From contig JAPDFW010000021.1 in the NCBI GenBank assembly GCA_028826165.1, positions 11,645 to 75,644 on the forward strand: a stretch of 64,000 bases of DNA. The letters are read 5' to 3'. The translations under genes were made by a program, and so were the position numbers. Source of the DNA: Anaeramoeba ignava BMAN. Taxonomy: Eukaryota; Protista; Anaeramoebae. The notes beneath the pieces were generated by a model that saw only the letters and a program-made list of their open reading frames with translations, searched no databases and was not told where the DNA came from. Positions 1-12,700 of the stretch are shown here, in pieces (the first letter of the stretch is position 1; each line of letters opens with the position of its first letter).

Positions 1-2461
1 AAATTGAAATTTCATAATATTCTCCTCCTTTTAATCCTGAAACTGAATAATTTGTTGTTAAATTTGATAAACAAATTGAATTTGAATTATAAGTAAATGA
101 ATATGCTTTTAATCCACTTGATAAAATTAATGAATTCCAATTACATTCAAATCCATTAATTAATGAATTACAAGTTAATGAAGTAATATTTCCTAATTTA
201 GCTTTTGTTGAAATAATTGAACTAGATTCTCCTAAATATGGAGTTTCACAATTTAAATCTGAACATCCTCGAATTGAAATATTATATTCAATATTTCCTG
301 ATATTTCATTTATTATTCCAATTACTTCATTTCCACTTAAATTAAGAGATGTGAATTTTTGCCAATTTGTTTCATTATTAAGTGAAATTGAATAATTATT
401 TGCATTTATTAATTTTGTGAAATTAAATTCAATTTCTTCAATTTTGGAAATTGTTTCATAAATTGTTGGAGAAGTTGTTAAATTATCAGTTGTAATTGAA
501 ATTGATGAAATATATCCACATTTTCCATTTGAATTACATGCTGATATATTGATTTGATATTCTTGATTTGGAAATTGAACTGTAAATTGTTGATTTAATG
601 AAGTTGGTTGATAATTTCCTGAATCATTTTGATAAATTGATTGATAAGTAAAATTATAATAAAATGGAATTGAACAATTAATTGGTTGATTCCAACTACA
701 ATTAATATCTAATGAATATTGAATTGAACATGTTAAATTTGTAACTTCTCCAAATATTAATGAAATTGATGATTCAACAATTTCTCCTTTATCATCTCCT
801 TCACATTCTTGTGTTCTACATCCACAAATTGAAATATTATAATCATTTTCACATTCAAAATTATTCCAAAGATAATCAAGTGAAGAATTATCAACTGAAA
901 TTAAAGATATTAAATCAGGTTGAGATTTATTTAAATAAGAAAGATTATAATGATCAAGATGAGCAATTCCTTCATCGATTTGAACATTTGGATAATCCCA
1001 AGTAACATTAATTGAATAATTTGAAGGATTTGATAATTGAAAATCTTTTACAGAATCAATTTTTGTTGTTAAATTAATGAAAGAAGAAGATTCACCACAT
1101 TTCATTGTTTCATTATCACAAGCTTTGATTTGAATTGAATAATATTCATTTCCAGTAATATTATCATAATTTGAAGAATTAAATTGTTGATAATAAGCAT
1201 TCCCATCTTCAAGAATTGGAGAATCAATATCAATCCAATCATATCCATAATTAATTTGATAAATCAATGTTAATCCACATTCAATTTTATCCCAATAACA
1301 ATCAAATGATGAAAACAAAGATGAACAATTAACAATATTAACTTGAGGAATGAAATGAGCTTCATAAACAAATGCTTGATTTGCATCATAAGCTCCAATA
1401 ACAGTAAAATTCCCATAAATTGAAACAGAATTCCCAAAATCTGAAACTGAAGATTCATTCAAATTTTGTTCTTGATTCCAAATTGTTCCATTAAATCTGT
1501 AAATATATGCTTGATTTGCACCAGAAGCACCAACAACAATAACATCTTCATAAATTGAAACAGAACCTCCAAAAGTTGGAACTGAAGATTCATTCAAAAT
1601 TTTTTCTTGATTCCAAATTGTTCCATTATATCTGTAAATATATGCTTGATTTGCACCAGGAGCACCAATAACAATAACATCTTCATAAATTGAAACAGAA
1701 TTCCCAAAAAATAAAACTGAAGATTCATTCAAAATTTGTTCTTCATTCCAAATTGTTCCATTATATCTGTAAATATATGCTTTCTTTGCATCATTAGCTC
1801 CAATAACAATAACATCTTCATAAATTGAAACAGAATATCCAAAATCTGAAACTGAAAATTCATTCAAAATTTGTTCTTCATTCCAAATTGTTCCATTATA
1901 TCTGTAAATATATGCTTGATTTGCAACATAAGCTCCAATAACAGTAAAATTCCCATAAATTGAAACAGAATATCCAAAATCTGAAACTGAAGATCCATTC
2001 AAAATTTGTTCTTGATTCCAAATTGTTCCATTATATCTGTAAATATATGCTTTATATGAAATAGAAGCACCAATAACAATAACATCTTCATAAATTGAAA
2101 CAGATTGTCCAAAAAGTGAATATGAAGATCCATTCAAAATTTGTTCTTGATTCCAAATTGTTCCATTATATCTGTAAATAAATACTTGATCTGCAACATT
2201 AGCTCCAATAACAATAACATCTTCATAAATTGAAACAGAATGTCCAAAATATCCTGGATTTGAAAATTGATCTAATAAATTCCAAATCCAAGCTTCATCT
2301 AGAGTAGAATAATATCTTGTTGTTTCTGTTAATAATCTTGTTGTTTCTAATTCTTGAATTATTGTGGAAATTGAATTTTTTTGTTGATCTTGATTTGATT
2401 GAATTAAGAAAACATTAATAATTAAGAAAAAGGAAAAGGAAAAGAAAAGAATTAATTTCAT
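1..2461 (-). CDS. Secreted or cell-surface protein: signal peptide, 7 FG-GAP repeats (beta-propeller) and multiple fibronectin type III-like domains; 3' end runs off the window
   Basis: Manual translation from ATG 2461 gives MKLILFFSFSFFLIINVFLIQS (signal peptide). Seven 45-aa repeats follow, FGxSVSIYEDVIVIGA..AYIYRYNGTIWNQEQILN, then FN3-like motifs (SINVTWDYP, INCSWNQP, EYQINISACN, LKGGEYYEISI). The frame is open to position 1, which is why the ORF track omits it. Confidence 0.88.
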   Translation of the reverse strand, partial: MKLILFFSFSFFLIINVFLIQSNQDQQKNSISTIIQELETTRLLTETTRYYSTLDEAWIWNLLDQFSNPGYFGHSVSIYEDVIVIGANVADQVFIYRYNGTIWNQEQILNGSSYSLFGQSVSIYEDVIVIGASISYKAYIYRYNGTIWNQEQILNGSSVSDFGYSVSIYGNFTVIGAYVANQAYIYRYNGTIWNEEQILNEFSVSDFGYSVSIYEDVIVIGANDAKKAYIYRYNGTIWNEEQILNESSVLFFGNSVSIYEDVIVIGAPGANQAYIYRYNGTIWNQEKILNESSVPTFGGSVSIYEDVIVVGASGANQAYIYRFNGTIWNQEQNLNESSVSDFGNSVSIYGNFTVIGAYDANQAFVYEAHFIPQVNIVNCSSLFSSFDCYWDKIECGLTLIYQINYGYDWIDIDSPILEDGNAYYQQFNSSNYDNITGNEYYSIQIKACDNETMKCGESSSFINLTTKIDSVKDFQLSNPSNYSINVTWDYPNVQIDEGIAHLDHYNLSYLNKSQPDLISLISVDNSSLDYLWNNFECENDYNISICGCRTQECEGDDKGEIVESSISLIFGEVTNLTCSIQYSLDINCSWNQPINCSIPFYYNFTYQSIYQNDSGNYQPTSLNQQFTVQFPNQEYQINISACNSNGKCGYISSISITTDNLTTSPTIYETISKIEEIEFNFTKLINANNYSISLNNETNWQKFTSLNLSGNEVIGIINEISGNIEYNISIRGCSDLNCETPYLGESSSIISTKAKLGNITSLTCNSLINGFECNWNSLILSSGLKAYSFTYNSNSICLSNLTTNYSVSGLKGGEYYEISI
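1365..2260 (-). repeat. Seven coding tandem repeats, 135-bp period (FG-GAP blades)
   Basis: The anchor aattgaaacaga recurs at 1418, 1553, 1688, 1823, 1958, 2093 and 2228, an exact 135-bp spacing. Confidence 0.95.
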
Positions 2462-2695
2462 TTTTGTTTTGCTATTTTTTGTTTAAATTAAATATAAAAT
2501 TAATAAAATAAATTTATTTTTGTGTTTATTGTGTGTTTATTAATTAAAACAAATTAGTTTTTTTTACTTTTTTGCTTTTGTTTTGCTATTTTTTGTTTTA
2601 AATTAAATATAAAATTAATAAAATAAACTTATTTTTTGTGTGTTTATTAATTAAAACAAATTTATTTTTTTTACTTTTTTGCTTTTGTTTTTGCT
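2461..2695. repeat. Two-copy ~115-bp tandem duplication immediately upstream of the FG-GAP gene ATG
   Basis: ttttgctattttttgttt(t)aaattaaatataaaattaataaaataaa...ttacttttttgcttttg occurs twice, at ~2467 and ~2581. Confidence 0.85.
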
Positions 2696-3206
2696 TGTTG
2701 AAAAAAAAATGAAAAGAAGAAAAAATGATCAATTTTATTTTTTAAATTAAAAATCCAGTAAAAAAAATTATTTTTTCTGTTTGTTTCTTGTTTAATTAAA
2801 AAATTGAATAAATGAATTTAAAATTAAAATATATTTAAGAATAATTTTTTATTATTAATTAATGATAATTTCTATTCAAATTAATGAATAAATTTTAATT
2901 TAAATTTTCCAAAAAAAAAAATAAATTTAATAAGAATTTAATAAGAATTTAATAATAATTTAATAAGAATTTAATAAGAAAAAGAAAGAGAATTTTATTT
3001 CTAAATTAAAATTAAAATCAAAATTAAAATCAAAATCAAATCAGAAAATCAAATCAGAAAATCAAATCAAATTAAAATCTAAATTAAAATCTAAATTAAA
3101 ATCTAAATTAAAATCAAAATTAAAATCAAAATCAAAATCAAAATCAAATCAAAGGAAATAAAAAACGAAAAATTGTTATTCAAATTTAAACCTTTTTTCT
3201 TTTTGT

Positions 3207-4050
3207 AAATATAAAAAATAAGAATAGATTTAATTTAATATTTAATTTATAAATTAATTTAAAAATATAATTTTATATTTAATTTTATTATTAAAATAAT
3301 AATTTAATGTTTTAGATTTAAATATTTTATTATTTAAATATTTAACATATAAATATAAAAAATAAGAATAAGTTTAATTTAATATTTAATTTATAAATTA
3401 ATTTAAAAATATAATTTAATATTTAATTTTATTATTAAAATAATAATTTATTGTTTTAAATTTAAATATTTTATTATTTAAATATTTAACATATAAATAT
3501 AAAAATGAAAATAGGTTTAATTTAATATTTAATTTATAAATTAATTTAAAAATATAATTTAATATTTAATTCCATTATTAAAATAATAATTTAATGTTTT
3601 AGATTTAAATATTTTATTATTTAAATATTTAACATAAAAATATCAAAAATAAGAATAGATTTAATTTAATATTTAATTTATAAATTAATTTAAAAATATA
3701 ATTTAATATTTAATTCCATTATTAAAATAATAATTTATTGTTTTAGATTTAAATATTTTATTATTTAAATATTTAACATAAAAATATAAAAAATAAGAAT
3801 AGATTTAATTTAATATTTAATTTATAAATTAATTTAAAAATATAATTTTATATTTAATTTTTTATTATTAAAATAATAATTTAATGTTTTATATTTAAAT
3901 ATTTTATTATTTAAATATTTAACATAAAAATATAAAAATAAGAATAGATTTAATTTAATATTTAATTTATAAATTAATTTAAAAATTTAATTTAATATTT
4001 AATTTTATTATTAAAATAATAATTTATTGATTTATATTTAAATATTAAAC
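3207..4050. repeat. AT-rich tandem array, ~143-bp unit, ~6 copies (upstream of actin)
   Basis: The unit aaaataagaatagatttaatttaatatttaatttataaattaatttaaaaatataatt...aaatatttaacata recurs at ~3208, 3351, 3495, 3638, 3781 and 3927. Confidence 0.9.
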
Positions 4051-4566
4051 ATAAAAAAAAGTGGAATGAAATTTTATTTCTAAATTAAAATTAAAATTAA
4101 AATTAAAATTCATTTAAAATCTAAATTAAAATCTAAATTAAAATCAAAATTAAAATCAAAATTAAAATTAAAACTAAAATCTAAATTAAAATTTTGAGAA
4201 TTTTCTTTTAAAAAAAAGAGATCAAAAGAAAATAAAAAGAAATTTATAAAGAAATCTAAATTAAAATTAATTTAAATTTTTGAAATAAAATTGATTTAAA
4301 AAGAAAAAAGAGAAAAAGAGAAAAAAACTCAAAAAAAAAAGAAATTATTCATAAATTAATCATAAATTAATAAAAAAAAGAAAATAAAAGCAAAAAAAAT
4401 TAATTTGATTAAATTCATTCTTTTCTTTTCTTTTCTTTTTTTTTTCTATTTTTGATTTTCAATTCTTTTTAAAAAATTTTGTAAGAAAAAAGAAAAAAAT
4501 TCCAATTTATCCAAAAAAATAAAAAAATTTTAATCTTTTTTAAATTCTTTTTTAAATTCTTTTTAG

Positions 4567-5708
<1,142 letters not shown>

Positions 5709-5845
5709 ATCTCAATCTAAATCAAAAATCAATTTCCAAAATCAAATTCAAAAACAATTTTCAAATCCAAATCCAAATCAAATTCTTTTTCTTTTTTTTG
5801 TTTTTTTTTAAAAAATTGAAAAAGTAAAATTCCAATTCAAAATCA

Positions 5846-6535
5846 AATTTTTTAAATAGTTTTGATTTATTATTTAATTTAGAATTAAGTTTAAAAATAT
5901 AATTTTATTATTAATTTTATTATTAAATTATTATTTTGTAATTTAAATTTAATTATATTTTGTTATTAAATATTTTGATTTAATTTATATCAAATTTTTT
6001 AAATAGTTTTGATTTATTATTTAATTTAGAATTAAGTTTAAAAATATAATTTATTTTTAATTTTATTATTAAATTATTATTTTTTAATTTAAATTTAATT
6101 ATATTTTGTTATTAAATATTTTGATTTAATTTATATCTAATTTTTAAATAGTTTTGATTTATTATTTAATTTAGAATTAAGTTTAAAAATATAATTTATT
6201 ATTAATTTTATTATTAAATTATTATTTTCTAATTTAAAAATTAATTATATTTTGTTATTAAATATTTTGATTTAATTTATATCAAATTTTTAAATAGTTT
6301 TGATTTATTATTTAATTTAGAATTAAGTTTAAAAATATAATTTATTTTTAATTTTATTATTAATTTAATATTTTTTAATTTAAAAATAATTATATTTTGT
6401 TATTAAATATTTTAATTTAATTTATATCTAATTTTTCAAATAGTTTTGATTTAATATTTAATTTAGAATTAAGTTTAAAAATATAATTTATTATTAATTT
6501 TATTATTAATTTAATATTTTTTAATTTAAATTTAA
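5846..6535. repeat. AT-rich tandem array, ~146-bp unit, ~5 copies (downstream of actin)
   Basis: aaatagttttgatttattatttaatttagaattaagtttaaaaatataatt recurs at ~5855, 6001, 6147, 6292 and 6438. Confidence 0.9.
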
Positions 6536-6547
6536 ATTAAAATTGTT

Positions 6548-6576
6548 TTTCATTTTTTCATTTTTTCATTTTTTTC
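6548..6576 (+). promoter_or_regulatory. Tandem TCATTTT initiator-like elements upstream of the BEACH gene
   Basis: tttcattttttcattttttcattt lies ~150 nt before ATG 6725. The same motif precedes most ATGs in the window in sense orientation. Confidence 0.5.
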
Positions 6577-6724
6577 TTTTTTTAAAAAGTAAAAATAATT
6601 AATTTTATTTTAATAAATTTATTCGGAATATAAAATAGAAATTAAAATAATGTAAAATAATAATTTAAAACTAATTTTAATCCTTTTATTTTTTTTGTTA
6701 TTTTTTAAAAAAAAAAAAGCAAAA

Positions 6725-9700
6725 ATGAATCAAAATCAAAAAGAGTTAAAATTAAAGAAATTCAATAAATTCTTAATAAAACAAGCTAATAAACAATTTG
6801 GTTTAATTTTTGAAAATGAAGAAAGTTCAGATTTTAAAATTTATTGTGGAAAAGATAAAATTTCAATTCCTTGTCATAAATTTATTTTAGAATCTCGTTC
6901 AAAATATTTTATGATAAAAACAAAAGAAAATCAAATAAATTCAATTCATTTTAATAATTTTAGTTCAGAAATTGTTAAACCAATTATTAAATTTTTTTAT
7001 AATGGAAAATTTAAATTTGATAAACAAAAATTTGAAGAATATTTTAATTTTGCAAATGAAATCAAATCAAAAGAAATTAAAACAAAAATTGAACTTGAAA
7101 TTGAATTGATTTTAAATGTTGAAAATATTTTGGAAATTTATTCCAAAACCCAAAAAATTAAATCAAAAAATCTTTTACAAATTTGTCAACAATTCATTTC
7201 TCAAAATGTTCAATTAATTTCTCCAAATCAAGAAATTGAAAAAAATTTAAATCAAAATGAAATTGAATATCAAAATCAAAAAGAATTTTTTACAAGTTTT
7301 CCAAATGGAAGTGAATTGTTTAAAATTTGGAAAGAAATTATATCAAAGAATTATACTGAAGTAAAGAAAAAATAATTTAATTTAAAATAGTCAAACAAAA
7401 AAAAATTAATTTAATTTTCTTTTAGATTAATGAAAAAATTATTGAATTTGGTTTATTATTTCAAACTTCATTTCAAAAATGGAATCCAATTCAAACAAAA
7501 TCAAATCAAAATCAAAATGAAAAATATTTTGAAAATGAAGCAATTAATGAAGCAATTTCACAAAAAGAAGCTCATCCAATAAAATTTATTCATTTCATTA
7601 TAAATTTATTAATTTATTCAAAAGATTTTATTAAAGGTTTTTATTGTTATTTTTATTATAATTCTTTTTTTTTTTTTGAAAAAATGAAAATATTAAAAAA
7701 AATTTTTTAAAACACAAAAAAGGAAATCAAAAGGAAAACATTCAAGCTCATAAAAATTTGATTTCTTTATCAATCATTTCAATCATTTCAAAATCAAAAT
7801 TTAATCGTCAAATTTTATTTGAAAATGAAATTTTTCAAATTATTCAAGATTTATTGGAATTTACAAAAAATCTTTTTAAATTAATGGAAAACTTATTTTT
7901 TCAAAAAAAACAAAACGAATCAAATTCTTCACTTTCAATTTATTATTTAATTGAAATCCAATTTATTCTTTCAGAAATTATGGAAATTTTATATCAATTT
8001 TTAAGACCAAGAAAAGTTCTTCCAAATGAAAAAATTTTAGAATCATTTAAAAAAACAAAAATAATTTCATTATTAATTGGTAAATTTAAATTTAAATATT
8101 AAATATTAAATTATTTAAAATTAATTTAAAAAAAAATAATAGAATGTTTTGAAATTATTTTAAATCTCAGAAAATCATTCATTTTCACAACAAAACAATT
8201 TGAAATTCAATCAAAAATTCCTCAAATTTTTGAGATTTGTTATGAATTAAATTTATTATCAGAAAAAGAAAAAATTGATTTAATTTTACTTTTTTTAACA
8301 TCTTTTAAACCTCCAAATTTATCATCATCTCTTCCAAATATTGGATTTTCAAATGAAGAGAAAAATAAATTTGGCATTCAAGTTGAAATTGGTTTTGAAT
8401 TTCAAAAAGAAAATGAAAATGAAAATGAAAATCAAGAAAAAATAGTAGAATATGAAATGAATGAAATTGAAGATTTTTTCCAAACAAATTATTTTGTATT
8501 TGATCCAAAAATCAAAAAAGAAGAAAATCATTTCATTTTACAAAATTTCAAACCTTTAAAAGGAAATTTAATTCATTTTGAATTTGATTTTCGTTCAAAT
8601 ATTTTCCAATTCCTTGTTAAAATTATTGAAGAAGAAAATATAATTGAACAAATTATAAACAATAATAATATTTCATATATTGGGGATTTTATTCTTTGGG
8701 TTTCTTATTATTTTCAATTAGCCTTACCAAAAAATTTGAAAGAAGATCAAAATCAAAATGAAAATATTAAACCAAAAAAAGTATCAGAAATTAATTTATA
8801 CAACCACTATTTGGATATACTTTTTAATCATATTAGAAATTTCCAAAAGATTGAAAAATCAAATGAAAATGATTTATCAAAAAAAAATATAAGAAAAGAA
8901 TTAGATAAATTTGCAAATGAAACAAAAAGAAAAGTTAATAATTTCAAAGAAAGATTAATTTTAACTTATATTGATTTATTCAAAAATCCAAATGAAAATT
9001 CATCTTTAATTCATATTCTATCAAATCAACAAATTATTCAAATTCAAAAATTTATCAAAAATATTTACCCTCAAGTTCAAATGTATGTTTTATTTGAATT
9101 AAAGAGAATGATTATTAATGATGTAGATAAAGAAATTCTTAACTTTTTTCAAAAAAATGGAGGTTGGGAAATTTGTTTTTCTGATTATTTTATCAGAAAT
9201 AATTTCAATAATTCGAATGTAAAGAAAAAAAAAATCTAAAATTTAAATTTAATTTTAATTTTAAATTTAATTTAATTTTAATTTCAATTAGATTAAATTA
9301 AATGAAATGAATTCAGATTTACAAACATTATTAATTGATCTCATGATTAATGCTCTTTTAACATTTCAAGATTATTTTGATTATAAATTCTTATTTAATC
9401 AAATTTTCAAAAATCAAAATATCAAATCAAATTTATCGTTATTAAATCGATTTTTAGAAATGATAATTGAACTTATCAATAAAAATCCTCAAATTTCATC
9501 AAATAAGATTATTGAAATTAAAGCATTTGAAGGAATTGAAGAAATTTTGTTTCATTCAATCCAAGAAAAACAAAATAAATCAATTGAATTATGTTTAAAA
9601 ATTCTAGATTTGTTATTTCAAAAAGCAGATATTGAAATTATTTTGCAAAATCAAGAACTTACCATTAGTTTAATTAAATTATTTAAAAACAAAATTACTC

Positions 9701-12700
9701 AAAAAATTTCTTTAACTCATATTCCAAAAATTCTTGAAAAAACAAAAAATTCAAATGGAGAAAAGGAGAATCAATTCATCTATTTTTTGTTTCAAAAAAT
9801 TTTATTTTTAATTCAAGAAATCAATTTAAAACAAAATCAAAACCAAGAATCAAATGAAATTGAATTTAATGATATTGAAGAACTTTTTTCAAAATGTTCA
9901 GAATCAATTTCAAAAAACCGAGAAGTTATTCAACAAATAATTTTAAATTCAAAACTATTATTCATTTTCAGAGCATTATTAGATGAAAAAGAACAAAAAT
10001 CAACTCATCTTATTTTAATATTTTTGAATGAACTTATCAGAAACAATGAAACAATTATTTACGAATTTCATCAATTAATTCCAAAATCTGAATTTATTAA
10101 ATTACTTTATGAAACAGAAAAAGAAAAGCCAACAGAAAAATTATTACAAATTCTTTTGGATTTAATGATTAGTAATGGCAAATTTTCATTAGAGAATAAT
10201 TTTATTATCAGAAACAAAAATATGATAAATATTATTTTGGAACTTTATTGCCAAAATCAAAAGGAAAATGAAAAAGAATTTGATAAAGTTTTGGAAACTT
10301 TTATCGAATTTTGTGAGAAATCAATTCATAATATTTATTGTTTTTGTGAAAAAGAAATTATTTCCTTTTTACTTGAATTAATCCCCAATATTCAAAATTT
10401 AAATTTATTCAAAAAAATTATTCAATTTATTGGAAAACTTGGAACACATAAATTTCTTGTTTCTGAAATGAAGAAATATTTTTCCATTTTGAAAGATCAA
10501 TTAAGAAAAAGAAAAAGAAAAGCAAATCAATTTGCAAATTTAATGTTAATTGAATTAAGAAAAATGATAAATCAAAATCAAGATCAAGATCCAATAAATT
10601 TTTTTGATTTTTATGAAGAAAATTCAAATATAAAACTTCCAACTTTCAAAAATGATTTAATTTCGAAAAATTTCAGTTTTTTTACTTGGATAAGAATTGA
10701 AGATTTTCAAATGAGCAATATTCCTTTATCAAAAGAAAATGAAATTGAAAATGAAAATGAAATTTGTTTAAAAAACAAAATATTTAGTTTTTTAACAGAA
10801 AATTCAAAAGGAATTGAATTACTTTTGGAATTTAACAAAGAAAACAAAAAACCAAAATCTTTTATTTATCAAATCTATTCAAATCAAGAAAATCAAATTA
10901 TTGAATCAAGATTTCCATTTGAAATTGAAATGAAAAAATGGTATTTTTTCTTTTTCACACAAAAATACAAAAAATCAAATTCAGAACTTGAAATAACAAT
11001 TTATATTGATGGAAATCAACAGAAAACAATAAAAATTAATTTAAAAAACAAAATTGGGAATGGAAAAAATTTTATCAAAAATGAAATTGGTTCAAATTTT
11101 ACATTTTCAATTCAACAAAAAGAAATTCAAAATCAAATTCAAATTCAACAAAAATCATTTTATGGACAGATGGGAACAATTTATATTTTCAAAGAATCTC
11201 TTAATGAAAATCAAGTTAAAGCAATTCAATTTCTTGGAGCAAATTATAATTTATTTTTTTATCAAAATGAAATTTTCAAATATTCAAGTTCAGAATTTGA
11301 AAAAGAATTAAAAGAAATTTTAAATGGGAAATTAACTCAAAAAATAATAATTTATCATAATCCAAAAACAATAAAAGAAAATTTCTGTTTGAATGAATCT
11401 TCAACAAATATTATCAAAAAACATTCAAAAATAAATAATATTTATTCATTTACAACAACTAAAATACAAGATATTATTCACTGTTTAGGAGGATTTGAAA
11501 TATTTTTTTATTTAATTCTTGAAATTGATGAATTATTCCAAGAAGGAAATGAAAATCAAAATAATCAAAATGAAAATAATGAAAATAATGAAAATCAAAA
11601 TGAAAATCAAAATGAAAATCAAAATGAAAATAATGAAAATAATGAAAATAATGAAAATAATGAAAATAATGAAAATAATGAAAATAATGAAAATAATCAA
11701 AAAAATGAAAATAATGAAAATAATCAAAATCATGAAAATCAAAATGAAAATGAAAATCAAAATAATGAAAATAATGAAAATAATCAAAAAAATGAAAATA
11801 ATGAAAATAATCAAAATCATGAAAATCAAAATGAAAATGAAAATCAAAATAATCAAAATAATGAAAATAATGAAAATAATGAAAATGAAAATAATGAAAA
11901 TAATCAAAAAAATGAAAATAATGAAAATAATGAAAATAATGAAAATAATGAAAATCAAAATGAAAATAATCAAAATAACGAAAATAATGAAAATAAAAAT
12001 GAAAATCAAAATGAAAATAATCAAAATAATGAAAATAATCAAAAAAATGAAAATAATGAAAATAATGAAAATAATGAAAATCAAAATAAATTGATTTTTG
12101 AAGAAATATTAAAAATAATTCAAGATATTTTACTAAAACATCAATTTTTTCAAGAAGAAATTATCCAAAAACAAAAATTCCTAATATTCAGTCTAATACT
12201 TAAATCAATTCATTCAAAATATTTTTCAAACCAAATTTATCATCTTATCAAAACATTGAAAGAAAAAATTCAAAATGAAAAATTCCAAATACAACTTAAA
12301 GATAATTTGCTTTTTGATTTCGAAATTTGGAAAAATTTCAGTTTTGAAATTCAGAAAGAAATCATCTTTCAAAATAAAAATCAAAATCGTTCAAGTCTTG
12401 ATTTATTAATTATATTGAATTATTATGATGAATCTTTAAACAAAATACAAAAATCAAATTCGTCTCTTCAATATTCCAATTTCCAAAATCAATTTGATGA
12501 ATTATCTCAAAATTTATTTTCAATTATTGAAATTCTTTCTGATCAAATTGAAAATGATATCTCAAAATTAGAATATATAAAATCTTTGGTTTCATCATGT
12601 TTCCTTTTCAAAACACAATATTTTATGGAAAAAACACTTGAATTTATTTACAAAATTATGAAGAAAAATATAAAACAAAATTGGAAAGAATTATTTACAG

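Noticed and set aside
1365-2260. True integrin alpha subunit
   Set aside because: There are no DxDxDG Ca-binding loops, the stalk is FN3-like rather than thigh/calf, and the C-terminus (GFFKR) is not visible in this window.
11519-12094. ORFs such as MKIMKIMK, ILILIL, FDFDFD, NFNFNF and KLKLKL here and at 30757, 44768, 47685, 50766, 51354-52151, 54238, 55352-56245 and 61301-62246
   Set aside because: They are alternative-frame or antisense translations of microsatellites and coding N/Q/E tracts, with no independent coding signal.
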